NCBI GenBank assembly: GCA_965112735.1
Contig: OZ218963.1
Span: 372,001-436,000 of the forward strand
DNA: 64,000 nt
From: Phaeosaccion multiseriatum
Taxonomy: Eukaryota; Protista; Ochrophyta, other classes
Reading direction: 5' to 3'
The position numbers were made by a program, and so were the translations under genes. Shown in pieces: positions 46,137-59,762 of the stretch (position 1 is the stretch's first letter; each line of letters begins with the position of its first letter). The notes under the pieces were generated by a model. It was not told the DNA's origin, ran no database searches, and saw nothing but the letters and a program-made list of their open reading frames with translations.

Positions 46137-49100
46137 ATGTCTAAGTGTGTAGCTATTCTGGTGGTGGTGTGCAGCACCACACGCACGGCCCTCGCCTTCC
46201 ACCACTCAGGCAGCGGCTTGGCCAGGCCAGCGACAGGAGGAGGAGAATGTACACAGCGGAGGGCAGGGTCATCCCCCTGGAGTTCTAGTCGAAGCAGTAG
46301 CAGCAGGTCGAATGGACTTGGTGGGGGCAGCAGCAGGAGCAGCAGCCGCCGAGGCAGTAGTCGCCACGGTGGTAGCTCGGCCCGCGGGAGGCAATCGGTC
46401 ATGCTCTTGCCAGGGGGGATCGGAAGAGGAGGCGCCCCAGCCATGCCCAGCATGCCCAGCATACTGCAGCAGCGACACGAGGGACGAGGTGTGGGGGACG
46501 GGGCGAGCGAGAGCGGCCCGCTGGGGAGCTGGAGGAGGAAGAGTACGGTGGTGATGGGCATTCCCAAGCTGTTCCGCTGGCTCACGGACCAGTACCCGGC
46601 CATTAACCAACGCATCGAGGAGGGTCTTAGCGCGGTGAGTGAGTTAGTGAGCGAGCGAGCGAGTGAGGGAGGGAGGGAGGGAAGGAGGGAAGGACGGGGG
46701 GGGGGGGGAGTATGCGGGCGTGAGACGCACAGGAGATGAGAGGTACCTTTACTGTGCGACATGTGTATAGGGCCTCCCCCCCCCTCTGCGGCCACCATCC
46801 TGACTCAGAGAGGCAGCTTGATCCCCTCATTCCTCCTCCGTTCCGTTCCAAGTCCTTCCGCAGCTCCTTCCACCCCATCCACTCCCTCCATTCCATCCGA
46901 CGCACTGACGGCATATTACCCCTGGGCAATTGCGCGCCCCTGCGCTTCGAATACGTACGAATTCGTATACATACATACGCATCATACCTTCCTTCCATGC
47001 TGTGCCATGCCACTGCTAAGTCAACAATGCCCCCCGTCTCCATCATTGACATATACACAGCACACAGAGCCCATCGACAACTTCTACCTGGACATGAATG
47101 GCATCATTCACATGTGCACACACGCCAACTCGGATTCCTTCGTGGAGCTCAACGAGAAGGAGATGTTCAAGCGCATCTTCATCTACACAGACCGCCTCTA
47201 CAAGGTGAGCAATTGGTGGTACAGCAGAAGGAAGGGGGTCGGTGGATGTGGGTATGTGCGTGTATGTATGTGCTTTCCCTGCCATCTTGTCCCGACACGC
47301 TAGTCCTGTCACCACACTGGTCCTGTCCTGACACCTCTCTTGTCCTGTCCTGACACTCCGTAGCTAGTGGAGCCCCGGCGCCTGCTGTACCTTGCCGTGG
47401 ACGGTGTAGCCCCTCGCGCCAAGATGAATCAGCAGCGCTCAAGAAGGTTCCGCAGCAGCAAGGAGGCAGAGCAGCTCATGGCCTCTATCGTTGCCAGAGA
47501 GGTGGGGGAGTTGGTGATACCGAGGGAGGGAGGGAGGGAGGGGGTCGTATTATATTATTATTGTTATTATTATTATTTTGACTTTTGATGGCTGACGTTT
47601 TTTCGCTGCCACCTCCCCTCCTCCGTCTACTCCCATCCTCCCTCTATCCATGGCGACCCCGCCCCCCCCCCCCCTCTGTCCACTGCCATCCCCCCCCTCC
47701 ATCCACTGCCCCCCCCTCCCCTCCTATCCACTGCCATCCCTCTCTCAGGGCATACTCCCTCCCCAGAACAAGTTCGACAGCAACTGCATCACCCCGGGGA
47801 CAGACTTCATGTTGAAGCTATGTGTGGCCTTTCGAGAGTGGATTGCCTTCAAGATGGAGACCGATCCGTTTTGGCAAACAGGGGCCAAGGTCGTATTCTC
47901 GGGCCCTGATGTGCCCGGGGAGGGAGAGCACAAGGTGGGTACAGGGAGGAAGGGATGGCAGTAGATGGGGGGAGGGAGGGACAGAGGGAGGGAGGGAGGA
48001 AGGGAGGGAGGGAGGGAGGGGAGGAAGGGAGGGAGGGAGGGGAGGAAGGGAGGGAGGGAGGGAGGGGAGGAAGGGAGGGAGGAAGGGAGGGAGGGAGAGA
48101 GGGAGGGAGGGAGGAAGGGAGGGAGGGAGGGAGGGGAGGAAGGGAGGGAGGGAGGGAGGGAGGGAGGGAGGGAGAGAGGGAGGGAGGGAGGGATGGATGG
48201 AGGGAGGGAGGGGCTTAAGTTCCCGTCAGGCCAATGGGCATCGACAAGGGACGGCTTATCTGGAGCTCGCGTTCACTACACTACTCTGTCTTCCCCCTCC
48301 TCTCCCCTCCCCCCTGTACAGGTGATGGACTATATCCGTGAGGGTCGAGCCAACGATGAGGACTGGCACGACGACCTCCGACACTGTCTCTACGGCCTCG
48401 ACGCCGATCTCATCATGCTCTCTCTCGTCACTCACGAGCAGAACTTCCACCTCCTCAGAGAGAAAATGAGTGTGCGGCACACCGGGAGGAGGAAACCCAA
48501 AGACCCCATCCATTACAACAGGGACGATTTCGAGCTGTTGGAGGTGAGGGGGAGGAGGGAGGAGGAGGAGGGGGGGGGGGGAGGAGCAGGAGGTTGGATC
48601 AATCACCGCCTGCTGGATATGCCCTCTCTCAATTCGATGCCCACTCTGGATGCCCACTCTGGATGCCCACTCTGGCTGCCCACTCCCCCCTCCCGTTCGT
48701 TCTCTCCCCTCCTTTCCTTTCCTCTCCTCTCCTCTCGTCTCGTCTCGTCTCGTCTCCTCTCCTCTCCTCTCCTCTCCTCTCCTCTCCTCTCCTCTCCTCT
48801 CCTCTCATCTCCTCTCCTCTCCTCTCCTCTCCTTTCCTCTCCTCTCCTCTCCTCTCGTCTCGTCTCGTCTCCACTCCTTTCCTCTCCTCCCCTCATCTCT
48901 TCTCCTCTCCCCCCCTGTCAGGTGGCCATGCTGCGAGAGATGCTCCGCTTGCAGTTCAGACCCCAAGCGGAGAACCCAAACCTTGGCTTCAAGTTCGAGC
49001 TTGTGAGTGAGGGAAAGGGGAGCACTGGTTTTATATTGAGTACCAGTAGGCGCGAAACAACCCGCTCTGTTGATCCCCGCCCCCTCTCTCTTTCCTCTCC

Positions 49101-49165
49101 GTCTCTCTCTCCCTCTGCATCTCTGTCTCTTCTCGCCTCTCTCCCTCCTCCCTCCCTCCTCCCTC

Positions 49166-49208
<43 letters not shown>

Positions 49209-52200
49209 TGTGATGGCCTTTCTCCTCTTGTGATGTGATGGCCTTTCTCCTCTTGTGATGTGATGGCCTTTCTCCTCTTGACATCTGCCGAGAGGGCGGA
49301 GCTTCTTTGCTCTTTTCTTGTTGACTCTGCTGCCGCTCCCTCCCTCCCTCCCTCCCTCCCTCCCTCCCTCCCTCCCTCCCTCCCTCCCTCCCTCCCTCCC
49401 TCCCTCCCTCCCTCCCTCCCTCCCTCCCTCCCTCCCTCCCTCCCTCCCTCCTCCCTCCCTCCCTCCCTCCCTCCCTCCCTCCCTCCCTCCCTCCCTCCCT
49501 CCCTCCCTCCCTCCCTCCCTCCCTCCCTCCCTCCCCCCTCCCTCCCTCCCTCCCTCCCTCCCTCCCTCCCTCCCCGAGCAGAAGCGTGTGATCGACGACT
49601 TCGTGTTCATGTGCATCCTTGTGGGCAATGACTTCCTTCCTCACGTCCCTCATCTCGACATTGCGGAGGGGGCCCTCAATTTGCTTCTCACAATCTATGG
49701 AAGTACGTCCTCTTAGCGTGTGTATGTATGTGTGTGTATTTTGTATGCATATATATATATTGTGTGTGTGCCCGCTTGTGTGTGTGTAGTCGTGGTTGTG
49801 TGTGTGTGTGCGCGCGTGTGTGTGTATCCATTCTTCTTCTTCTCTTCTGCTGCCCACTCTCAAGCTGCACGGTCGCTCCCCCACCCCCCCCCCCCCCCCA
49901 CCCCCCCCCCCCCCCCCCCCCCCCCCACATCCACTGCCATCCCCAGACTTGCTGCCCACGTTTGGCGGGTACCTCACTAACAAGGACCAGATACACCTCG
50001 GGAGGCTGGAGCTGTTCCTACACGAGGTTAGTGCACAAGCTCAGGAATCGACAAAAAGTCGTGACAAAAGTCGATATGTATGTTCGATATTGTGTCGATG
50101 TGGATGTCGATGCGGAACATGTATGTCGATATTATGTCGATTTGGATGTCGATGTGGAATCTATAAAAGGCGACTTTCTGACCTGCCGACGTCTATCGAG
50201 TCTCAAATTTCGACCAACTCAAACTCAACTGCCATTCACTGCCATCCCCACCAGGTGTCCCGGCGAGAGGCGTACTACTTCCAGACCCGCGGGGCGGAGG
50301 AGTTCAACGAGGACTTCCAGGACGCCACCAAGTGAGGCAGGAAGGCAGTTGGTGATACAGGCAGTGAGGCAGTGGGGTAGTAAGGGCAGGCAAATTGTGC
50401 CGTTGGCTATTTGTTGGTCTTTGGCAGTGGCTTACCTCCCCCCCTGGGCACTCCCCTCCCCCCCTGGGCACCCCTTCCCTTGACACCAGGTACAAGGACG
50501 CGTACTACAGGGACAAGATGAAGTACAGTCCCGAGGACGTGGAAGAGAAGCGGAAGATGGTACGCAAGTTGGCGCTACATGTACAGCAGTTGGTTACACA
50601 GCGACAGCAGCAGCCATTTGCTTTCACTCTCCCCTCTCCCCTCGCACTCACCACCAACCCCCCTCCCACTCCCAAACGATCTCTGTCGTCGTCGTCGTCC
50701 TCGTCGTCGTCGTCCGCCTCCTCCTCCTCCTGCTGCTCCTCCTCCTCCTGCTGCTGCTGCTCCTCCTCCTCCTCCTGCTGCTGCTGCTCCTCCTCCTCCT
50801 GCTGCTCCTCCTCCTCCTCCTCCTCCTCCTCCTCCTCCTCCTCCTCCTCCTCCTCCTCCTCCTCCTCCTCCCCCCTCCCTTAACAGGTCATGCACTACAT
50901 AGAAGGGCTGTACTGGGTGCTCAAGTACTATCACTGCGGCGTGGACAGGGCCTCATGGTCGTGGTACTACCCCTATCTCTACGCCCCCCTGGGCTCCGAT
51001 CTCAAGGATCTCGCAGGCCTCGACATTAAATTCGACCTCGGCAGGCCCTTCCCCTCTCTCATTCAGCTCATCAGGTGTGTGCATGGATGGGTGTGTGGAT
51101 GTGTGCGTGGATGGGTGGGTGCGTGTGGGTGGTTGGGTGGGTGGGTGGGTGGGTGGGTGGGTGGATGGGTAGGTGGATGGGTCGGGCGAGGGAGCTGCCC
51201 GCCCCCTTTCAAGCTTTTCGTTGTGATGCCTCTCCCTCGTGATGACTCTCCCTCGTGATGACTCTCCCTCGCGCTCCCTCCCATCCTGGGTCTTCTCCCT
51301 TCCTCCCTCCCTCCCTCCATTCCTCCCTCCCTCCCTCCCTCCTCTCCTCCCTCCCTCCCTCCATTCCTCCCTCCCTCCCTCCCTCCCTCCCTCCCTCCCT
51401 ACCTCCCTCCCTCCCTCCCTCCCTCCCTCCCTCCCTCCCTCCCTCCCTCCCTCCCTCCCTCCCTCCAGCGTGCTGCCCCCGCAGTCCGCACCCTTCCTCC
51501 CGGAGTCGTACCAAGCCCTTATGCTTGACGAGGACAGCCCCATCCTTCCCTTCTACCCCAAGGACTTTGAGTGCGACGCCAATGGAAAGAGAAACTCGTG
51601 GGAGACGGTGGTGCAAATCCCCTTCATCGACGAGCCGCAGGTGGGTGGGCGCGTGTGCGTGTGTGTATGTGTGTGTGTGGTTATGTACGTGTGCGTGCGT
51701 GCGTGTGTGTGTGTGGTTATGTACGTGTGCGTGCGTGCGTGTGTGTGTGTGTGGTTATGTACGTGTGTGTCGGTGTATGTGTGTACGTGTGTGTTGGTGT
51801 ACTGTCAGTACTTTGCTCTTTAAGCAACGCTCAATCCCTCCTCCCTCCCTCCAACCCTCGCTGCAGATGTTCGATGCGCTGAATGAGATTGACCACGTCG
51901 GAGAGCTCACTCAGATGGAGCGTCTGCAGAACAAGGGCGGCGTGGTGAGTGAGGCAGACAGACAGACAGACAGGGATGGAGGCAGGAAGGAAGGAAGGAG
52001 CAGGGGGGGAGAGGTGAACGGGCAAACCATTCCAATGCCTACGTACTGGCACTGGGCACTGCCTCCGCTCTGCCTCACACTTTTGTCTCTCCCTCGTGTC
52101 CCTCTCGCTCACCCACACTACACTCTCTAATCTCTCTCTCGCTCACCCACACTACACTCTCTAATCTCTCTCTCGCTCACTCACCCTCTCTCTCCCCTCC

Positions 52201-52433
52201 CCCCCTCCCTCTCTCCATCCCTGCCCTCTCCTCCACCCTCGCAGGTATGGTCTTTCCCTCCCCCCCGGCCTCGCAAGTCGGGTCCCAAGGGGGCGGATGG
52301 TCAGGGTCAGGGTCAGGGTCAGGGTCAGGGTAGAGGAAGGAAGAAGGCACCCAGCCAAAAGAGCAGCCGCCCTGATGAGAGGGCCTCACGCAAGTTCAAG
52401 GCGGGGGCTCAGTGGAAAGATGGCACCAAATGA
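46137..52433 (+). CDS. XRN-family 5'-3' exoribonuclease (catalytic core only) with N-terminal signal/transit-like presequence
   Basis: [143 protein letters not shown]. The last exon (52245-52433) is a short basic tail. Confidence 0.9.
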
Positions 52434-52484
52434 GCAAGTGATGGCAGTGAGGACAGTAGTCTGGGGGGCGGCAGGGCCTCCGAC

Positions 52485-52638
52485 AACAGCATGACAACAG
52501 CATGACAACAGCATGACAACAGCATGATAAGAGCATGATAAGAGCATGATAAGAGCATGACAACGGCATGATAAGAGCATGATAAGAGCATGACAACAGC
52601 ATGATAAGAGCATGACAACAGCATGATAAGAGCATGAT
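52485..52638. repeat. 11-bp minisatellite (CAGCATGACAA/GAGCATGATAA) downstream of XRN
   Basis: About 14 directly visible units. Confidence 0.9.
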
Positions 52639-53360
52639 GTGTATGTTGATGGGGGCTGGAGGGTGGAGGGTGGAGTGCTTCAGTATAGTAGGACGGAAGG
52701 GGAGTGTTTGTATTGCCTGCTCTACTGCCTAGTGGAAGGCAGTGGAAGGCAGTGTGGAGGAAGGCAATGGAGCAATACTATGGGTGTAATGGTCTTTTGG
52801 ATAGAAGGCGTAGTGCGTTGGCATTTCAGTGTCCGTTCGCCCAGCGCTCTATAATCCGCTGGTGCTGTATCACCAACTGCTGCTGCTGCTGCTGCAGGGC
52901 TTCAGGCCCTTGATCAGTTGAACGACACGAAACTGAAACGGAAATTGATACCCCCCCCCCCCTCCCCCCAAGAAAGACAGACACTGCTCCTCACGGCTTC
53001 CTGCACGCCTTTTCCTCTTCAGAACTTGCCTTTCCTCTGGCTTTGCTGAGAAGCAGGCCTTGCCTGGAGTCCCCGGAGAGGAGGTTTTGACATTAATTAC
53101 CCGTTCGTCAGCAGGTGGAACAGTGGCAAACAAGGGGAAAAGAAGAAAGGAGGGTCGTGGAGTGCAAAATGAGAGACGATGAAGGAGATTCCGTCCGACT
53201 GCTGGTGATGTCGAAGGAGGGTACGTAGAGGAGAGGGGAGGGAACCGAGAATAGATAGTAGACAGAGAAAGACGTGTTGGAAGGTACCGTGGAACGATAG
53301 CTGCTCGCTCGGAGAGGAAGGTCGGATCGGCGGTGGCTCGTGCTGAGTAATGTACTTGGA

Positions 53361-55433
53361 ATGGTAGTGGTAGAGAAGGGAGGAGAGAGCTCTCCACATC
53401 CGGATCCGCAGCAGCAGATGAAGGAAGGAGGGAGAGGACGGACCAGTGGCAGTAGCTGTAGTCGTACCAGCCGCAGTATCAGCAGCAGGAGCCGGAGCAG
53501 CGATAGCAGCAGTAGCAATAGCAGTAAAGTCAGCGGCGTAACGTCAACAACTCCGCCGATGACCCCACACGCCCCTCTGTGGCTGCCACAGGACGGGGAC
53601 AGAGAGAAAGTGAATAGCTCAAGTGAGGGTGGTCGAAATAGTAGTAGTAGCAGCAGCAGCAGCAGCAGCAGCAGTCTTGGTGAAGATGACTCGCTCAAAG
53701 GAGCTTCTGGTTCGACCGACACTGTGCATGTATCGCCGCCACCATCGCCGGGATATCCCAATGACAAGGAGGGCGCCTCGATGTGCCCAGGGCTTCCAGA
53801 GGAAGCACAACCCCCACCCCCGCCACAGCAGCAGCAACAACAACAACAACAACAGCAAGAGCAAGAGCAACAGCAGCGGCAGCAGGGAGACAATAAAGAC
53901 AAGGGCGACAATGTAGAAGCTCCGCATACCCCCCCCCCCCTTGGTGCAACAGAGGGGAGGCAAAGTGATGGCAGCTCGCGGCCACTCGAGCTTAGCCCAA
54001 AGGTGAAGAGATGGCTGCTGGATCAAGAAAGGGCCCAAGCACAGCAGCAGCAGCAGCAGCAGGAGGACGCGGAGGAGGAGGAGGACGAGAGGGCAGAGAA
54101 GGGTCAGGAAGAAGAGGGGCGGGAGGGAGTGACAGGAGAGAGGGAGGGCGGATTCTTCTTCCGCTCACCCCCCCAAAAAAATGGGAGTCGAGCGGCCAGC
54201 TGCGGCGGGTGCCTACAGGCAGGGGACAGTGCTGTCGTTGCCGGTGTATCACCAACTGCTGCTGCTGGTACCTCCCAGGGCTTGGGGAGGGAGGGGGACA
54301 AGGAAGGGCGGGCCGTTTCGCCTCTGCGGCGCACAGCTGCGAGTATGGTTGTGTCGGGCACATCGTACAGGAGTGGGGCAGGAGGGGCAGTTGGTGATAC
54401 AGGAGGAGGAGGAGGAGGAGGGGGGCATGCGTCGGGTAGCGGAGGACGCAGCGATGAGCAGGACCAGTTGGTGGTACTGCCGTCGCCACCGCCGCCTCTT
54501 GCTGAGGAGGGCATGCGGAGATCACACCACTACCTCGACAAGCGTATCAATCGTTGGTGTACGCTTGACGAGGAGGACCTGCAGGCAGAGGGAGGGCAGG
54601 GGGGCGCGGGAGCAGCAGGAGCAAGGGCAGGAGTTGGTGATACAGCAGCGGCAGGGAAGGGAGAAGGCGGGGGGGAGGCAGGAGAGGGAGTGGGAGCGGC
54701 GATAGCAGTAGCAGCAGTTGGTGATACAGGAGGAGGAGAGGGCACCCCTGTGAGGAGCACATTCGGCGGCGGCTCCGGAGGCCTCAACAAGGGTGGGGGA
54801 CTCCTCAAGAGAACGTCCTCACGGAAACCTCGGCGACCCTCCAGCTTCTGCGTCAAGCCTCTGCCGGGCACTCCGCGCATGCAAATTGACCCTCGGCTCC
54901 GGCCTACACCCGTCAACACACGCCTGGAGCCCAGGCCTATGCGATGGGCCCAGCAGGTGCAGATCGACTATAAGGGACAGGCGTTGAAAGTGGGGCTTGC
55001 TGTCCTCGCCTGCGGGCTGCTGCTGGCGGCGCTGACCGTCTTTGGGGGGGAGGAGGGCAGCAGCACCGGGGGGACGGCCGCATTGTCGGCAGCGCCAGTA
55101 GAAGGAGGAGGTGGTGGAGGAGGAGGAGGAGAAGCAGTGACAGCAGCAGGAGGAGGAGGAGGAGGATGGCAGTGGTTAGGAGGGAGAGGAGGGGCAGCAT
55201 TCTGGGACGTTGACATTGGCGTGATGCAGCACAACTTTTACAACCCAACAAGGGGCACAAGGAGGGGCAGTACCAAGGGCGTGCGGGGTGGGGGCAGGGG
55301 GAGGAGCGGCCCGTCGGGGAAGGGGGAGGGGGAGGGAGGGGGGGGAGAGGGAGGAGAGGCAGGGAGAGAGACCTGCAGAAGCGGCAGTGATGGGGGCACT
55401 TGTAGCAGCGCTGCGGGGGGCGGGGGGCAGTGA
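53361..55433 (+). CDS. Uncharacterised low-complexity protein with one probable transmembrane helix
   Basis: Uninterrupted ORF of about 690 codons with hydrophobic stretch ALKVGLAVLACGLLLAALTVF. No recognisable domain; start codon uncertain. Confidence 0.55.
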   Translation: MVVVEKGGESSPHPDPQQQMKEGGRGRTSGSSCSRTSRSISSRSRSSDSSSSNSSKVSGVTSTTPPMTPHAPLWLPQDGDREKVNSSSEGGRNSSSSSSSSSSSSLGEDDSLKGASGSTDTVHVSPPPSPGYPNDKEGASMCPGLPEEAQPPPPPQQQQQQQQQQQEQEQQQRQQGDNKDKGDNVEAPHTPPPLGATEGRQSDGSSRPLELSPKVKRWLLDQERAQAQQQQQQQEDAEEEEDERAEKGQEEEGREGVTGEREGGFFFRSPPQKNGSRAASCGGCLQAGDSAVVAGVSPTAAAGTSQGLGREGDKEGRAVSPLRRTAASMVVSGTSYRSGAGGAVGDTGGGGGGGGHASGSGGRSDEQDQLVVLPSPPPPLAEEGMRRSHHYLDKRINRWCTLDEEDLQAEGGQGGAGAAGARAGVGDTAAAGKGEGGGEAGEGVGAAIAVAAVGDTGGGEGTPVRSTFGGGSGGLNKGGGLLKRTSSRKPRRPSSFCVKPLPGTPRMQIDPRLRPTPVNTRLEPRPMRWAQQVQIDYKGQALKVGLAVLACGLLLAALTVFGGEEGSSTGGTAALSAAPVEGGGGGGGGGEAVTAAGGGGGGWQWLGGRGGAAFWDVDIGVMQHNFYNPTRGTRRGSTKGVRGGGRGRSGPSGKGEGEGGGGEGGEAGRETCRSGSDGGTCSSAAGGGGQ

Positions 55434-55449
55434 GACTGATAGTAAGAGG

Positions 55450-55488
<39 letters not shown>

Positions 55489-56027
55489 AGGGAGGGAGGG
55501 AGGGAGGGAGGGAGGGAGGGAGGGGAGGGAGGGGAGGGAGGGAGGGAGGGAGGGCTTCAGGCCGGTGGGAGGAGCTGCTAGAGGAGTAGAGAGGGGGAAT
55601 GAGTCCCATGCCCCAGCTCGGCGATTGATTGGGTCAGTTGACCGTATTTGGGGTGTCAGTTGACCGTATTTGGGGTGTCAGTTGGGGGTGCGCATAGGGG
55701 AGTGGGGGGGGGCGTTTCTTTCCCCATACACTGTGTGTAAGTGTGAAGTGCTCTTTGTATGCCGGACATGTTATCTTCTTACTGTTGTTCCTCTTGGGGG
55801 ATGGGGGTGGAAGAAATTTTCGAAATTTTGGCTTTGGTCGTCGATACAGTACTATCTTACTTACAGCGAATACAAAAACGACTTGACAAAACAAAGCTCC
55901 TGACTGCCAATTGGCTGCTGCCGCCAACGAATCTCCTTGTTCACCATTGCTGCCAACGAATCTCCTTGTTCACCATTGCTGTTTCACGAGCTCGCGTACG
56001 CACCATCCCGGGGCGAAAATTCGACGC

Positions 56028-56742
56028 TTAGCTTCTTTCCGTCCAAGCGTGCCTATCGTAGGCCTCCGGTATCTGTGACTCCGGGAAACTGTATGCACAG
56101 CCGCAGAGGCAGGCAGCCCCAACGGACTGCTGCCGCTAGTTTAGAGGCCGTCCGGCGCTACCCCACCTTGGATGGCATGGCATCTCACGTGTACACTGAC
56201 CGTGTAGTTACCGTGCAGTACTCTGACACCATCCAGATGCCTTCAAAGAGAAGGTCTGACCGTGTAGTACTCTGACACCATCCAGACGCCTTCAAAGAGA
56301 AGGTCTCCTCCGACGCTCCTTCCAATGCGCGTTTGACGGACAAGGTGAAGAGGAAAAGGAGAAACAGAAAGTGAAAGGAAGAGGGATATACATCTCAAAC
56401 CTCTCCTTTCCTCTCCTCTCCTCCCTCCCTTCACCCCCACCTGACCGCTGCCGGCCAGCGATACACCACCCCATGTATCCTGACCTCGGGCCCTGCTTCT
56501 CCGTCCTTGTCGGGCTGAAAGGCCTTGAGCGTCACGTGTCCCAGGGCCGCCTTGTAGCCCGGGGGGGAGTGGTCCGTAGGCACGGGCACGTGCGTGAAGA
56601 TTTCGTTTATTCTCTTGCGCATCTTTTCGATGGCCGCCTGCACGCACACACACACAGATACACACACACACACGCACACACACACAGATACACACACACG
56701 CACACACACACATTAGGAGCGCACTTGACGACGCACATATGA

Positions 56743-56782
<40 letters not shown>

Positions 56783-58167
56783 GCACACACACACACTCAC
56801 ACACACGAGGACACCCCCACCTTCGCCACCTCGTCCACAGCCTCCACCACATCCCCCTGAGCCTTCCTTAGCCCTGCTTACCTTGCGGTAGCCGAGCTCC
56901 TCCCGGTATGCAAGCTCATGAATCTTGTCCCCCTTGGCAAGGCAGTAGGCAAGGTGTTCCCTCCACGCCTTGGGGAAGGGAAGGGAAGGGAAGGGACAGG
57001 GCATTGCTATAAGAGGGGAAGGGACAGGTTATTGATGTCAATGAATGGGAAATTGATTTGGGACGGTTTCAATGGAAGTAGAGAAGGAAAGAAGGAAGAA
57101 AGGAAGGAAGGAGGGAAGGAAGGAAGTAAGGAAAGACGAGCGAGAAAGTTAAAGGGGAAGGGGGGACGAGAGATGGCAGTGGATGGAGAGACTGACACAC
57201 CAGCGCATCGAGGAGGGTGAAGGTCTTGAGGCAGGGCTTGGCGCCAGGACCGGGCTGCGCTGGGGGAATCCACGTGCGCCCCTCGGGAAGTTCCTTCTGT
57301 GGCAGAACGGGAAGCGTATATAGCGGCGGCGGCTGCTGCTGGTGATGCTGCTGGTGATGCTGCTGGTGATGCAAGGAGGCGAAGCTGGTGTGAGACCCGA
57401 GGGGGCGTTGTTGAAGACCTGAGGGGTCGAGAGAGAGAGAGGGGCGCGGGGGAGGAGCATCGTTAGCATGGCGCCGCCAGAGAAAAGGGGCGGGTCAAGC
57501 CAAGATGGCAGTGGATGGAGGAGGGTGGTGGAGGATGGTTAGGGGGACACAGACACAACAACCATGACAACAACAACAATGACAATGACAACAAGCAACA
57601 GCAGCAAGAAGAAGAGCATGGTGTAGGGCGTGGCATGAAGAGAGGGTGGCGAGGGCAGACACATGACCGACCCGCAGCACTCAGCGCAGCACTCAGCACA
57701 GCAGTAGTCAGTGTCTAGTCAGTGTGTGGCGGCAGTCAGTAAGCGAGGCGTGTGTGTGCGTGTTCGAAACCTGCTGGCGGCGCGGCGGGTGCGCCGGCTC
57801 CAGGGGAGTCGAAGAACGGAGAGGGAGAAACGGCCTCGTATGTTGAGCTCCCCCCCACCAAGGGCATCTGTATACCCAACCCGATGCCCCGTAACAGAGT
57901 CTGGACAGAGCAGCGGCAGTAGGGGCAGCAGTGGTGGGGGGAGGAGGAGGAGGAGGAGGGGGAGGGGGAGGGGGAGGAGGAGGAGCAGGAGCAGCAGTAG
58001 CGGGAGGAGGAGGTGGTGGAGGATGAGGAGGAGCACGCTTCACTTGATACCCACCCACACCTGCACATTCATCTCTCCCCCCTCTTCCCTCCCCCCCCCC
58101 TCCTCTCCATCATTGCGTGTGCCTCTCTCCCTCCTCCCCCCTCCCTCCCCTCCTCTCTCTCTCTTCA

Positions 58168-58233
<66 letters not shown>

Positions 58234-59611
58234 GCATATCCATCTCAGTGACTTGTGTTTCCAGCCCGAGGCAGTCGAGTACACCCCTCACATGGTCCGA
58301 GACTCCCGTAGGATCCCCCCCCCCGGGGACTCCCCTTCCGGGGAGGAGGTACATTCCGACGGCGGACAGCTCCACCTGCGCCCCGGCCACGGCAGCCACA
58401 CACGCCTCCGAGAGAGACCCCACCAGGGCAGCGACGTCAGATGGCGACGACGGCGTCGCCTGCTGATGCTGCTGTACCACCAAGGGTTGCTGCTGCTGTG
58501 CGGCTACGTCCCCTCCCCCTTCCCCCCCTCCCTCTGCTCCTGCTCCTGTGGGAGGCATTGCCCCTGCCGGCGGATGATGAGCGGGCGATGCTTGCAGGGA
58601 CGAAGCACCAACTGCTGCTGCGGTTATGGAGGCGGCGGACCCCCGGGGGAGGTCCAGCAGTGGCGGCGGTGGGGGCAGGGGCATTGTGGTCAGTTCCACT
58701 GCTGCCGCCGACTCATCGGAGGAAGAAGACGCTTGACTACCCGGCCCTTGCGGTGCGGCCTCCACGCCCCCTCCCAGGAGGTGTTGTACTCCGGCCACTC
58801 CGCCTTCTGGCGACGACGCTGAGCCTCCCAGCACATGCATGGAGTTTACAGATGGCGATGGTGGTGATTCACTGGTGTCGAGGCTGATGTTGCGGCTGTG
58901 GACCTCGCGCTTGCCGTGTTCGTATGTTGCTCGCACGAGCTGTGAGTTTGCCCAAGAAAAGAGGGGGAGAGTTGAGAGGTGGAGGGGAAGAGAGAGAGCG
59001 AGAGAGGGAGAGAAGAGAGAGAGAGAGGGAGAGAGAAGAGGAGGGAAAAATCGAGTCAGTTCCACAGAGTCGGAAGGACAGAGTGTCCGGAGAGGACAAC
59101 CCCAACTGAACTGAACCGTCCACCCGCCTTCCGTGGTGGGAGAAGCCCCCTTCGCTTCTCCAGCCCAGTCCCAAGCGGGCACGATGGGAGGGGGTGGGGA
59201 CACTTTCGAACAAAGCGTGCTCGACACGCTGCCCGACCCGGAGACCTTCTGATCCCACTCGACCCTGGTCTTCGACCCTGACCTTGACCCTGACCCTGAC
59301 AGTGATGGTCGCCTCTGCCACACTACCCCTGGCCTCAGTCCCTAGCCGTGCACCTCTCGCCCCTGCCCCTCCTGCCCCTCTTGCCCCTGCCCACCCCACC
59401 CTGGCCGTGCTCCCTCCCCCCCGTGCCGGAGCGGTGGTGTGTGTAGCTCACCTCCTCCCACGAGTGGACGGGCTGCGCGAAGAAGTAATAGCACCCCGGG
59501 GAGAGAGCCTCGCCATCCGCGCCGTCCTGCTGGTCGACGTCATCGCCAAGCCCAGGTTGAGGGTGAGGGTGAGGGTGAGGATGAGGGTGAGGGTGAGGGT
59601 GAGGGTGAGGG

Positions 59612-59644
<33 letters not shown>

Positions 59645-59648
59645 AGGA

Positions 59649-59697
<49 letters not shown>

Positions 59698-59731
59698 AAG
59701 GGTGAGGGTGAGGGTGGGGGTGAGGGGCAGG

Positions 59732-59762
<31 letters not shown>

